Shown here: positions 1 through 13,737 of the stretch, in pieces
Layout of the letters: each line of letters starts with the position of its first letter
Numbering within the stretch: position 1 is the stretch's first letter
From: Eledone cirrhosa
Taxonomy: Eukaryota
Direction: 5' to 3'
Length of the DNA stretch: 64,000 nt
NCBI GenBank assembly: GCA_964016885.1
Contig: OZ024742.1
Location: forward strand, 326,430,001-326,494,000
Program-made: the position numbers and the translations under genes
The notes under the pieces: generated by a model
The model's database searches: none
What the model was told of the DNA's origin: nothing
Seen by the model: the letters and a program-made list of their open reading frames with translations, nothing else

Positions 1-61
1 ATACTTGTAAATATATTCCCGAACATACAAGCATGTGAACTAAAGAAACCATCATAAAGAA

Positions 62-397
<336 letters not shown>

Positions 398-737
398 TCT
401 ATTAATACCCCGTCGCTTCGCTGCGGGTAAAAATATTTGTTAATCATGTACTTACCTTCATAAATTATTCAAATAATGTTTAGATTGTGTTTCTCGGTGA
501 AGATTATTAACAATTTCAATACTGTTGAACAGTCTATCTATATATATTATAAAAGTGAAAATGTTTCTCGCTAAGCTGTTGTTGTTTTATACAAATGGAT
601 GGTTTGCACACAACAGTGGAAAAGACGCTGACAAATTCAGAGAAAACGTTTCTTAACGAAAGTTATTCAAATATATCAATTTGTTATTATGACGTCACCG
701 TAGTGTTGAATTACGTTTTAAACTAATTATTTGGAAG

Positions 738-1420
738 TATGTGGTGGAATGGCAGTATCAGTAGAGGGTCGGACGCCATGCTTTGCAGCATATAGTTACG
801 CCCCTTTATGATCTGAGTTCAAATCCCACCGAGGTTTGCTTTGCCTTTCATCCTTACGGGCTCGTTAAAATAAAGCACCAGTAAGGCAGTATCTAGAATA
901 AGGACGGGTTGGAAGAAGTTTAGGGAGCTGCTTCCTCTGTTGACAAAGAAGGGTTTCTACCTGCGTACGAAAGAACGGTTATTTGATGCCTGTGTGAGAT
1001 GCACGATGCTGCATGGTAGTGAGACATGGGCACCAACTGCAGAGGAAATGCGACGGCTGGAGAGAAATGAAGCAAGCATGCTCCGTTGAATGTGCAATGT
1101 CAATGTGCGTGAACGACCAAGCATAGATGAGTTGAGAAAAAACTGGATATAAGAGGGATAAGTTGTGGTGTGCAGGAGAGAAGACTGAGATGGTATGGAC
1201 ATGTGATGCGCATGGGGGATGACCGCTGGGTAAAGAAGTGCCAAGAAATCCCGGTAGAAAGAAGACGCAGTAGAGGAAGACCACGAAAAACATGGGCCGA
1301 GGTTGAATAGGACCCGTCCCACCCTTGCAAGCAGGAACAAGCGGACATAAAATGATGATGATTATGATGATGAATGCACTGGTGTAATTGTTGGCCTTGT
1401 GCCAAAAGTAGAAACATTAT
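738..1420 (+). mobile_element. SINE family A copy split by an RTE LINE fragment
   Basis: SINE runs 738-884 (..GCACCAGTAA) and resumes at ~1375 (TGCACTGG..GGCCTTGTGCCAAAAGTAGAAAC). Confidence 0.8.
888..1374 (+). mobile_element. 5'-truncated RTE-clade LINE 3' fragment (family 1)
   Basis: Encodes SRIRTGWKKFRELLPLL..LFDACVRCTMLHGSETW..RLRWYGHVMRM..RGRPRKTW, typical post-RT RTE C-terminus; (TGA)n tail; homologous to 6989-7489 and 43080-43895. Confidence 0.9.
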
Positions 1421-1722
1421 TTGGCAGTTTCTTACGTCTCTTTACTTTCTGAGTTCAATTCCTGCCAAGGTTAACTTAGTCTTACATTCTTACGAGGTCG
1501 ATAAATAAAGCACCAGTATTGCACTGGAGTTGATTTGATCGACTTACCTCTCCCTTTCTAATTGTGGGTTCTCTGCCTAAAGTAGACACAATTATGATTG
1601 GTGTGGTCCATGGTTTACACAGTAAATGTTATAATTACTGTCAGTCGAGTCTCACCAAAGATCTTAGTAGAAAGTTCTTTCCTGAGTATCTGTGCAGTGG
1701 CCAACAGAACAGTTTATATATA

Positions 1723-1847
<125 letters not shown>

Positions 1848-4239
1848 TGAGACAAGTTGTGAGAGTGAGAGGGAGTGGGATATAGAGACGTGTATGTGTG
1901 CATGTGAGTGCGTCTTTCCTTGATTATGTCGTGTCCTTTTAAATACAGTAACTCATTAATTACTTGAAATAGGTCGCTACAGTCAGTGCAATTCTAAAAA
2001 CGGTATTGGGGTCGATATGTTCGACTAAAACGTTTAATGGGTGTGTCTCAAAAATACCGCAGTACAATGTCTGAAACCAGTAAAAGATTAAATGAATAAA
2101 CGAATATGATTATAGCTTATTTTTAATCATATCTCAGCATCAACTTAAACAAATTCAATATCCCTTAGCAAACGTTAATAAGCGTACGATGATATAAAAC
2201 ATAATTAAATCTTTCTTCCATGGGTCAACGATTCCTTCATTTCGATTTCTGTAGTTATGAAAGAGTGTAATGAGATGAAAGGTTCTTTTTTTCTCGATAA
2301 CAGATAATTATAGTTCATAAAGACATATTATAAAAGTATTATTTTACTGATTTCTTCCTGTTAGTAAGGAAGATGGGCACAATCATGGTTGTGTGGTTAA
2401 GAGAGTTGGCTTCGTAAAATGCGTCTCTCTGAGTTTGTACTCACCTTGCTGGGCCCTGGTAAAATGTCGATTACTATAGTCAGGGATTAACTAATATTTT
2501 GTGTGAGAATTGGTAGACAGCAATTGTGCGAGAATCCGTCAAATGTATGTAGAAAACATTTTTTTTTTCTTTGTCACACATATTATTTGTTTATATGGCG
2601 TCAGTATATCTCACAACTAGCGTGTAAAACCACACTGGGAATAGTCAATATGTAGGATTTTGTTCTCTAAGGAAATCATTTGAAGTGGTTGAAGCCTCTA
2701 AGGAGAGTTATATGAAATTGATAAAGAAACAGATAGTTGCTGATAGATTCTTTTTATCTTGTCTGAGATGGAATTTGTTCTATGAAAGCAGCAAACAGTA
2801 ATCATCAATATTTGCCGTCAAAATTTTCACATTTTCTGAAATTTGAAATACATGTCCTAAGTCTAAACCGATTGCTTTAGAAAATCTTATTGTTCTACCA
2901 GTACGAAAACCTCTACCAAAATCGTCTTGTTTCCTTTCGAACTGACAGGCAACCAAACATTAAATAGTTTCGATCCCATCATAATTATCTAATCATTAGC
3001 GTTATATCCTCGACCAATTATTTCCAAAATTCTTTAGCCCAAAACACACATGTACCATTATGTTTAGCATGAAGCTTACATACCTCAGGTAAAGGTATTT
3101 TTTTGTCATACATGAATTTATTTAGCTATAATATAGAATGAAGTAAAAATAATTCGGGATATATTACATGAGAACCACAGCAATATATGATGTAGTGGGG
3201 AGTGAGTGGAAAGCCATTTTCATACAAGTTAAGATTAGTGTATATGGTGTGAAATTGCTTCAATTTAGTTGAGTGTAGGTCAATCCAACGAGCAATTACT
3301 GTATCCGATAAAATTTGTTGTTGTTTGCATAGACAACAAACGTGGGATTCCTGATAGAGAGTGAGTAGGTATTTGTCGAGTTAATGATACTCCCAACAAC
3401 CATTAGGGGACGGAATTCAAATGAATATGTTCTCAAATAATTTTGTTATTGTTATTATTGTTATTGCTGCTGTTGGTGGTGATGGTGGTGATACCGATTA
3501 GCCCTAGTTAAGCCCTTATTGAACAGGTTTATTATCGTGTTGTAGTTTAGACCCAGGTCAGCCGCGTAACATCCTATCCTTAACTATCCAGCATTTATTT
3601 TTTCAGGCACTGTTAATTTTGAACTGACTACTATTTTCAATGTTTAGTGCTTTTAGACAGTGTGTGTGGTGTAATTTGAGGAGATCTTTACTACTATTTA
3701 TAGCAGATTGAACGCATATGCAGAGATACTCTAATTGGCTCGTAAAATAACGCTTTTGATTTTTAAATTTAGTTTAGACATAGTGCCAGACATTTAATTC
3801 GAGATGGAAATGGGATTGTGTGACGTTCATGCCCTTTTTTCAAAAGCTTTACTAGCAGAATGGAAATGAAGCTCATTCCACATGAAAAAATAGAATGAAC
3901 GAAACACGGCTAAAATCTATGCTACCAATTATGTTGTTTCAACCAACTTTTCTGAACAGACGGATGAGTTTGAAATCATTCTAAGTATCGGATGTCAAGG
4001 TTTTCCTGTTGTTTTTAAATTGTTGTTGTTTCTGTTGATGTTGTTTTTGTTTTTTCATATTATTATTTTTTTTCTTTTTCTATCTCTATGATGCTATATG
4101 GGTCAATATGGTTAGGCTTAAATCTACTTACTGGAATTTTTGACAGCAGGAATAATTCTGAATACATCCTGAAACGAAAGTGAATATGAACACGAGTGCT
4201 GCTCTAAATAGCTGGGAGGATACAGTGCTCGACCTTAGT

Positions 4240-4378
<139 letters not shown>

Positions 4379-4530
4379 ATGTGTTTAGGTTAACATAAGC
4401 AATGTCTATTTTGTCTACAATCCAGATGCTCCTATTTTAAATATCAGATATTTAATTCTTTTACATATTATGTATATTGAATTTCTCTGTTACTGTGATA
4501 TGATGATTAGAACTACTAAACAATTATATA

Positions 4531-4600
<70 letters not shown>

Positions 4601-4669
4601 AAAAAGAAATGAAATCGAAAATGCAACTGGAGTCTTATTTTTTTTTTAAATATATATATTTATTTGGTT

Positions 4670-4707
4670 CCTTTACCGGTTTCGCAGTTCTTCTGCTTTT
4701 CAAAAGG
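4670..4707 (-). ncRNA. Type I hammerhead ribozyme (U3-A8 variant), inverted pLTR copy
   Basis: Reverse complement of 6698-6735. Confidence 0.78.
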
Positions 4708-5042
4708 TGAGTTGAGATGGAGGGGCTGTGGTTTTTCTCACATCTGGTTGGTCTCTGAATTTTACTTGTTTTATATGGAAAAAGTGGCTCGAAATGCCAG
4801 GTTTTTCGAGAAGTAATTTGATTGGTTTGTCAATAATTATAATAAATTTCGCGCCAGTTCGCGTTACAATAGTTCTTCAAATAAGAGGAGGGGTTGTCAT
4901 AGGTTGTTTTTTCATATATGAGTTTTTGAATTTCTTTTTACTTGAAAAAAGGGGGCTCACGAAGTTTTTTTTTGGTTGGTTATAAATGAAATTATGGCTG
5001 TCACGTGAACAAGTTTTCATTAAATGTTTGTGCCCTTTAAAT

Positions 5043-5321
5043 TGTTATGCCATTAAATGTAAAGGATGCAATGAAGATTATATAGGACAAACTAAACTCA
5101 CACTCAGAAACAGAATGACAGTTCATCGCCAACAATTACGAGATCCAACCACGAGACAGATACCACTAAGTGCACATCTAGACATTTGCGCAAGTAATAA
5201 GACACCCAACTTCCAAGTCTTCCCATTTTACCTTTGCGCTAACAATACAACAGAACAAATGCGAATAAATAAGGAAAATATGTTTATTCAAAAATATAGA
5301 CCAACATTAAATATGGTTTAA
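5043..5321 (+). pseudogene. PLE GIY-YIG endonuclease C-terminal fragment
   Basis: YAIKCKGCNEDYIGQT..LRNRMTVH..LSAHLDIC..RINKENMFIQKYRPTLN: YIG motif, conserved R, H, E and terminal LN; codons upstream of ~5043 belong to the inverted pLTR. Confidence 0.88.
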
Positions 5322-5506
5322 TGTACACTATGTCAACACCATAATATGACATACACACACACACACATAACACCTACTTTAGAATATAAAAACCCGAACT
5401 AAATAAACCTTAACATACGTTTGCACTGACAATACAACAGAGCAAATACGAATAAGTAAGGAAAATATGTTCATTCAAAAATATTCCTACTAAAGGAATC
5501 ATTTTC

Positions 5507-5562
<56 letters not shown>

Positions 5563-6697
5563 CATATATATATATATATTCTCTTCATCTTAACATGCTA
5601 ACCATACTCCCACACACATAACACCCATACACACACATAACAACCCACAACTCCCTCCCCCATTTCTACTAATAGAACCACTTCCCTACACACATATATA
5701 CACACACACAAAATATATATTCTCTCCATCTTAACATACTCGCGCACACACACATAACACCCATATACACACACAACTCCCTCCCCCATTTCTACTAATA
5801 GAATCATCTTCCAATACACACACACACACACATACACACACACAAGCACACAAATAAACATACATATCTTCACTTCAATAGAAAATCTGAACTCTGACAC
5901 CCCAGCGAACTAACCATATTCACTGAACCAGAACAATTCTCCCAATCCCATTTCTCTTGACCACTATCATTCCATTTTCATAACATTCTCTATAAAGGCT
6001 ACAGAATAGTTTTCCAAATAAGGGCGCAAAAATGTAATGAAAACTTGTTCACGTGACAGCCAAATTTCATTTATAACCAATCAAATCACGTTTATTAAAA
6101 AAAAGCCTTCGTGAGCCACCTTTTTTAAAGTAAAGAAATTCAAACAAACACACACACAACACACACACACACACACGCACACAAGCACACAAATAAACAT
6201 ACATATCTTTACTTTCTTTATTCAATAGAAAATCTGAATTCTGACACCCCAGCGAACTAACCATATTCACTGAACCAGAACACTTCTCCCATCCCTTTCT
6301 CTTGACCATTATCTTTCACTTATCATAAAATTCTCTAAAAAGGCTACAGAATGGATTTCCAAATAAGGGCACAAAAATTTAATGAAAACTTGTTCACGTG
6401 ACAGCCATAATTTCATTTATAACCAACCAAAAAAAAGCCTTCGTGAGCCCCCTTTTTTCAAGTAAAAAGAAATTCAAACACTCATATATGAAAAAACAAC
6501 CTGAGACACCCTCCCCCCCTCTTATTTGAAGAACTATTGTAACGCGAACTGGCGCGAAATTTATTATAATTATTGACAAACCAATCAAATTACTTCTCGA
6601 AAAACCTGGCATTTCGAGCCACTTTTCCATATAAAACAAGTAACATTCAGAGACCAACCAGATGTGAGAAAAACCACAGACCCTCCATCTCAACTCA

Positions 6698-6735
6698 CCT
6701 TTTGAAAAGCAGAAGAACTGCGAAACCGGTAAAGG
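6698..6735 (+). ncRNA. Type I hammerhead ribozyme (U3-A8 variant) in PLE pLTR
   Basis: CCTT-TTGAAAA-GCAG(AAGAA)CTGC-GAA-ACCGGT-A|AAGG: stem I CCTT/AAGG, stem II GCAG/CTGC, palindromic stem III, GUA site; AATAAA just downstream. Confidence 0.82.
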
Positions 6736-6988
6736 AACCAAATAAATATATTTTTTTTTTTTAAATAAGACTCCAGTTGCATTTTCGATTTCATTTCTTT
6801 TTCTTTATACTTTCACTCATGTAGGACACCTCGGTTATTTTTCATTTTGTAAAAAAAACCTCACTTTCTAATATATACATATATATATATATATATTTGA
6901 TGCGAAGAAATACCTATCATGGCCAGAAGATCACTGATGATGCATAGTCCTGGCTTCTTGTTCTATTTTTTAATATATATATATATAT

Positions 6989-7489
6989 TATCATCATCAT
7001 TATCGTCATCATCATTTTACGTCCTTTGTTCCCTGCTTGCAAGGGTGGAACAGGTCATCTTCAGCACAGCATCTCTCCATTCGTCACGGTCCCTCGACAT
7101 ACCCTCTGTGAGCTTCAGCGATCTGAGTTCTGCTCTCACCACCTCAGCCCATGTTTTTCGTGGTCTTCTTTTACTGCGTCTTCCTTCCACCGGGATTTCT
7201 TTTCACTTCTTCACCCAGCTCTCATCTTCCATGCGCATCACATATCTATACCATCGCAGTCTTCTCACCCGCACACTACAGTTAATCCCTCTTGTACACA
7301 TTTTCATTCTCAACTCGTCTATGCTTGGTTATTGACATTGCACATCCATCAGAGCATGCTTTCTTCATTTCTCTCCAGACGTCGCATATCCTCCGCAGAT
7401 ACTGCCCATGTCTCACTACCATGCTGCATCGCGCATCTCACACAGGCAAATAACCGACCTTCGTAGGGAGAAACCCTTCGTTGTCAACA
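6989..7489 (-). mobile_element. RTE-clade LINE 3' fragment (family 1)
   Basis: Reverse complement homologous to 888-1374/43080-43895; (TCA)n tail at left. Confidence 0.9.
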
Positions 7490-8911
7490 GTGTGTATGTG
7501 TGTATATATGTGTGTATGCGTATATGTGTGAATGTATGAGTGTGAAGGTGTGATTAGATATAAATATATATTACGTATATGTAAGTAAATAAATATATAC
7601 ACACACACACATAGGAAAACATGTGTGTGTGTGCCTGTGTGTGTACGTGTGCGCGCGCGCGCGTTTGTGTGTGTGTGTGTGTGTGCTTTAGTGCGAGATT
7701 TCGAATATTACTAGTTTTGTCATCTCCGAACAATGATTATTTGAACTCAAATATTTAGAGAATGCCACCATCTGAAGTGCCAACGGCCTGCTAAGTATAA
7801 ATACTCAGAAATTCGACTGATTTCAGCCAACGCAATTTGATTTATATACTTTCGTAATATCTTTTTTTTCTTTTTCTTTTCCCCACACTTACATAATACA
7901 GGACACCTTCTATACAACTCTACTCCATACCTTAATAAATATTGTCATTTCTATATTATATACCCCAACATAAGACTATACATCTGCTATAGTTCACAAA
8001 CCATAACATGTGTATGGTTTCGCTATTTCAAATTTACTTATTGGAGTTATTTCCCTTTGTTATATTACGTTTTTCGTAAACTAGCGTTTATAGCACGCAT
8101 TACTCTTAAAGGTGTCTTATAAATACGTAATCATTCTTCAGAGACTCCGAGACTGGTAAGAGGCGGGAGGAAGTTATCTCCAAACTGCAATCCTGTCCCA
8201 AATGCTTTCAACAGAGTAGACTCTGCTAAACCTCTGGTGATAGATAAAGTTCAAGTGATGGTGTTAATCAAGACGAAGGATAAGCTCTAACATTCTAAGA
8301 CAGGAACAATCCTTCTGACGAAATTCCACGTAGTTGTAAAATGAATTTGCTAACCACGTATCTAAGCTGGGAGCAAAAGATACTATTGGCATAACTTTAC
8401 GTTTCATGATCAACTACTTATGTCTGCATGTATAAATACGAAACATTTATACTTCATTGCTAAGGATTTAGTTGATTCTTTGCATTTTTCTTGCGTTACT
8501 GGCGTGTTTGAATTGCACAGAATTCAGAATTCTAATTTGCTGATGTCCATATGATTTCTGAAACTTAATCTTGTTCCGTTTGCAATTCAGTACACGACTG
8601 ATTACTGAATTATATGTTATAAACATCACTGCACGTTCATGTACTAAATTTTACACGTAACGAAATGTTGTTAGATGAAAACAATTTTAATATTCAACCC
8701 AAGGGCTGGCCTTATTGTATAACTCTGTGATGAAAGGCGTTCTAACCATGTGCCATCTGCATTTTTAAGAAAGTGTTTCTATACCTACATTTAAGCTTCC
8801 TTTTCTAAAGAAGTGTTGGATTTGAGGGAGATTTTTCTGCTCTTTCTAGCCGGCGTAACGACCGCTAAAATGGTCTCATGCTATAATGTTGCTGTTGTGG
8901 TTGTTATTTTT

Positions 8912-8947
8912 GTAGTAGTAGTAGTAGTAGTAGTAGTAGTCGTAGTC

Positions 8948-8985
<38 letters not shown>
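8912..8985. repeat. (GTA)n microsatellite
   Basis: Seen directly. Confidence 0.95.
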
Positions 8986-10425
8986 TGTTATTGCACATTT
9001 GATTATCCTGAAATCAACCTCAAAACGTGATAAAATATGTATACAAAAAATTGGCCGAGTCGTTATCGTCTCGGATTAAATGTGTCGATAGATGTTCTGA
9101 CTCTCTCTTCCCTGATTTCAAATCCTACCGAGGTCAACTTTGCCTTTTGCTCATTTCTATTTTGTTACTTAATCGAAATACTAGTTCAGGGGCGGTGAAC
9201 TAGCGACATTTTTGAAGAGATTGGCGGAATGCTTCGTGGTAACAGTTCTTGCTCTGTACAATTTCAGCTCAAATTTGGCTTCCTGTCACCGAAAAATAAT
9301 TGATACTTCTTTCAGGAGTTTCGACTGGCAGATAGTATGAGCCGTTGAAATACTAATGAAAACAGTGTTTTTGATATGACCTAACAATAGTCTCCTGAGC
9401 AGTATTCTTTTTATCCTTAACAGTCATTAACAATGAAGGTATATTTCAAGTGTAAAATTATACACAACCTTTTAAGCCATCCTGTTTTACCATTAAATAG
9501 GAATATTTAATCCTAATATTATCTTTGTCCTACGTCAGAATGTGAAGCAGGATATCAAATGTTAGCTATCAACTGCCACGTTATCAGGTACTTAGATAGC
9601 TAACACTTGTCTTTTTGTTTCACTGTTGTTTTTTTAACTAGTTTTTTTTTTATTTGACACAAAATGATGTTAAAAACAGAATCATAAATCCACACATATT
9701 TAGCGATAGAGAAGGATCAGTCCAGTATATCAACTCCAGCACTTAACTGCTACTTCTTTCATTTCCACCACTCTCTCAAATACACAAAGAAAAACATTTA
9801 AATACAAACTATTGAAGAATAAAGTCGACCTCAGCAACAGATCTTGAGTTCAGAACATTACAGTAATCCTCAAAGTGTGGTGAGGTTGCTTTTTATTTAT
9901 TCTTTTTCCGCTACTTAAGCTCTTTTCATTGTGCTGAGACAGTAGGGAGAGGGGTATTAAATTGTCACTCCATGTTGGAATAGTGTTGACATTTTTCTCA
10001 AATCTGAACAGGGGTATTTTACATGATTTTCTCAAAAACTATTTATAATGATCGACTAGTATTATGGTGATTTGATTACGCATATATGTGTATATATCAA
10101 ACGCTAAGTTAATACGTTTCTTCATTGTACTGTGCTGTTTGTTTTGTTGCTTCTGTTTACTTTTTATGAGACCTACGATTGTCAGACTCCCCATATGTGT
10201 ATTGTATATAAACGTATGATGTATGTTTATATGTATTTTCATATACACCTCTATTATGTTGTGTGGTTTACCAATGGGTAGAACTGGTCATTCTGGTTAG
10301 TTAGCCATGACTCAATAAATTAAAGCATTCGAGGTTATGCAATTCATCCATCGTAGTTGTGGTATCCCGTCGCTGATGTAGGAACGGAGTTAAATATTCA
10401 TTTAAAATCAACAGAAGACCGTAAA

Positions 10426-10730
<305 letters not shown>

Positions 10731-10817
10731 TATATATATTTAATTGGCTATAGTACTGTGACAGCATTTAAGCATAATAGAGGTGTATCTGAAAATATAT
10801 ATAACCATATATCATAC

Positions 10818-10852
<35 letters not shown>

Positions 10853-10860
10853 CATACATA

Positions 10861-10960
10861 CAGGTTGTCCCAAAAACATATACACACTTCAACAGCATTC
10901 TAATAAATATTTCCTGTACAGGTAATCAATGTGTACATATTTTTTTGGGGGGACACCCTG
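10861..10960. mobile_element. Small MITE with CAGG(G/T)TGTCCC terminal inverted repeats
   Basis: TIRs CAGGTTGTCCC / GGGACACCCTG preceded by TA; homologues at 15092-15177 and 49993-50070; Tc1/mariner-type ends (inference). Confidence 0.7.
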
Positions 10961-11671
10961 GTGCCATCACTATACATGGCCAGCAGCATATCCCAATGAT
11001 TGTATAACTGCACCTATGATTGCGTAAGGATCTGATGAAGTCACATGCATAACCATGTAACAGAAATATATATCATGCAATAAGCAATTATGGTGAAATT
11101 ATCCCGTTTTAACCTCTCCTATTTGATAAGTATATATATATATATAAAATTTAAACTAGTTTTATCTTATTTTACATTATTTTATTTGGCCGTTGTTGGT
11201 GGCGTAATAGGAGCTAAACGGAGGCGGCTTTCATAGGTTTATGTTAAAATGTTTGGTGCATATGTTGTGTGAATTTGTGTTTATTACTTATTAAATTGTT
11301 CTTACATTTATTTTGCTTTACTAATTATTTATTATTTTTTATTACTATCATTATATTTCGCTTCGCTATGCTTTAGAAATAGGTAAGTATATGTGGTGTA
11401 TATGAGGTTATGGAAGAAGTAAGATTGAAAAGTTACACGCTGAATTCTTGAGAATTTTAATTATGATGGATAGATCAAATGATGTAGAATATTCCCAGAG
11501 ATAAAATAACATACAACTACGTCACCAAACAATATATATTAAAATATAAAAGACATAATATTGGTTTCTTTGCCAAGCATTTTTTTTTTATTTTTCACTC
11601 ATACTTTTCAGTAAACATAACACATGCTGCTGTCCAAAGATAAGTTAACAGAATTGAATGATTAAATCATT

Positions 11672-11680
11672 GCAGCAGTA

Positions 11681-11752
<72 letters not shown>

Positions 11753-11801
11753 TAGGTTGTTGTTGGGATAGTAGTAGTAGTAGTATAGGTTGTTGTTGGG
11801 A

Positions 11802-11871
<70 letters not shown>

Positions 11872-11888
11872 TGTGGTAGCGGTGGTGA

Positions 11889-11934
<46 letters not shown>

Positions 11935-11975
11935 TGTTGTGGTGGTGGTGGTGGTAGTAGTAGTAGTAGTAGGAG

Positions 11976-12041
<66 letters not shown>

Positions 12042-12072
12042 CAGTAGTAGTAGTAGTTGTGGTGGGGGTGAG

Positions 12073-12110
<38 letters not shown>

Positions 12111-12125
12111 CAACAGCAGCAGCCA
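11672..12125. repeat. Compound (CAG)/(TAG)/(TGG)n microsatellite
   Basis: Seen directly; source of the poly-T/Y/L/V ORFs. Confidence 0.95.
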
Positions 12126-12772
12126 CAGTCTCGGTCAGGATTCTCCATAACAGAATATCATTTATATTGGCAACATCCGACTTTATCATGTTTTTCATCT
12201 CCGGTTTGAATTAATAATGACCTTTTTTTTACACAAGGTCGGTGTGTGTATCAGAGAATATATATAGCAAAGTTGTGTGGTTAAGTTCTTCATTTCACAA
12301 TCATGAGGCGCCAGGTTTGATCCAATTGAAAAACCATCGTCAACCATCGAATCCGGACCTTATGATTGTAAAATATACTTTCTAACGATTCTGCGATGAC
12401 GCTTCTTAGATGTGTGAAGAAGGGGATGTAATGCATTTGATCGTAGGATTTCTCAGTCAGGGTTGACCTAGGATTGAATAGTAACAACAGCAACTATAAT
12501 AACTCGTTTATATTATCTTAGTTATGGCAATATTACACAATCTAGGCAGACAATGAGGGAGTTTCTATGTTGAGAGTCGAGTTGCTGGAAATAGCTGTCG
12601 AGTCGTACTCCACGGTTTTAGAAAAAGGACACATTAGATAATGTGGTCCTAGCTTCCATGCACGTAGAGAAAATACGTGATTGCCATGGTTAGAATGCAT
12701 TTAATCATAGGTCTGCTCAATCGGCTTGACTTGAATTAGTAGACATGGGTAAATCATAGATACAACTATAAA

Positions 12773-13245
12773 AATAATTGTTTCTGCTTTTGGCCCAAGG
12801 CCAGCAATTATTCCAGTGTATTGCTGGTACTTTATTTTATCGACCCCGTAAGGATGAAAGGCAAAGTTAACCTCGGCGGGATTTGAACTCAGACCATAAA
12901 AGGACGCAACTCTATGCTAGAAAGCATGGCGTCCGACCCTCTACCGATAAAGCAAATCCATCGCCCTACAACTATAAAAATAATTGTTTCTACTTTAGGC
13001 ACAAGGCCAGTAATTACCCAGTACATTACTGGTACTTTATTTTATCGACCCCGTAAGGATGATAGGCAAAGTTAACCTTGGCGAGATTTGAACTCAGATC
13101 GTAAAGGAACGTAACTATGCTGGAAAGCATGGCGTCCAACCCTCTACCGATACTGCCAATAAAATAATTGTTTCTACTTTAAGCACAAGGCCAGCAATTA
13201 CCCAGTACATTACTGGTACTTTATTTTATCGACCACATAAGGATT
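12773..13245 (-). mobile_element. Three adjacent SINE family A copies (two full, one partial)
   Basis: Copies at 12773-12967, 12979-13160, 13162-13245; TACAACTATAAAA duplicated around the first (TSD-like). Confidence 0.85.
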
Positions 13246-13616
13246 AAAAATGAAGAGAAATACAGTTGATAACTTAATCTCTCTACGCATATTATATTTA
13301 TTTCATTGAAGCATGAAAATCAAAATAATATTCAGTCAAGATTTGAATTTAAAAATCTACTGTACGTACAAATTACAGCGTTTTACTTTTGGAAATATCG
13401 CTAAGTATTTTGTCCACCGTTCGAACGATTCAGCTAACACTTCAAATCAAATGTAGACACTTGAACAGGCGATTATGTTTTTTTCTTTTAATTTATTTGA
13501 TTCGATTTACCTTCCTTTAAATTAGAAAACAAATTCAGAAATTATTTCTACAGTTTATATTTTGTTTCATTTTATACATCTTAAATACTTTTTTAACTAC
13601 AAATTGCACTTCCCCA

Positions 13617-13647
13617 AAATTGTTAGCTGAGTTTACAACTGTGAACG

Positions 13648-13687
<40 letters not shown>

Positions 13688-13737
13688 ATGTATATATATA
13701 TATACACGTTCACAGTTGTAAACTCAGCTAACAATTT
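13617..13737. repeat. Fold-back inverted repeat around a (TA)n core
   Basis: AAATTGTTAGCTGAGTTTACAACTGTGAACGT and its exact reverse complement. Confidence 0.9.

Larger units (their letters stand above)
4594..6870 (+). mobile_element. 5'-truncated Penelope-like element with inverted 5' pseudo-LTR, inserted in (TA)n
   Basis: ~440 bp inverted repeat (4594-5037 vs 6365-6809) enclosing a GIY-YIG fragment and an internally duplicated 3' UTR; hammerhead in each arm; TA tracts on both sides. Confidence 0.88.

Noticed and set aside
399-430. Hairpin CCCGTCGCTTCGCTGCGGG resembling a minus-strand Helitron 3' end
   Set aside because: No clean CTRR terminus or matching 5' end could be established
957-1417. 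Minus-strand ORFs over the RTE fragment (also 6919-7466, 24950-25387, 43258-43928)
   Set aside because: Antisense shadow frames of LINE coding sequence
11645-12214. Long poly-Thr/Tyr/Leu/Val ORFs (also 19998-20536, 30008-30505, 47613-48079, 53052-53637)
   Set aside because: Translations of microsatellites, with no coding evidence
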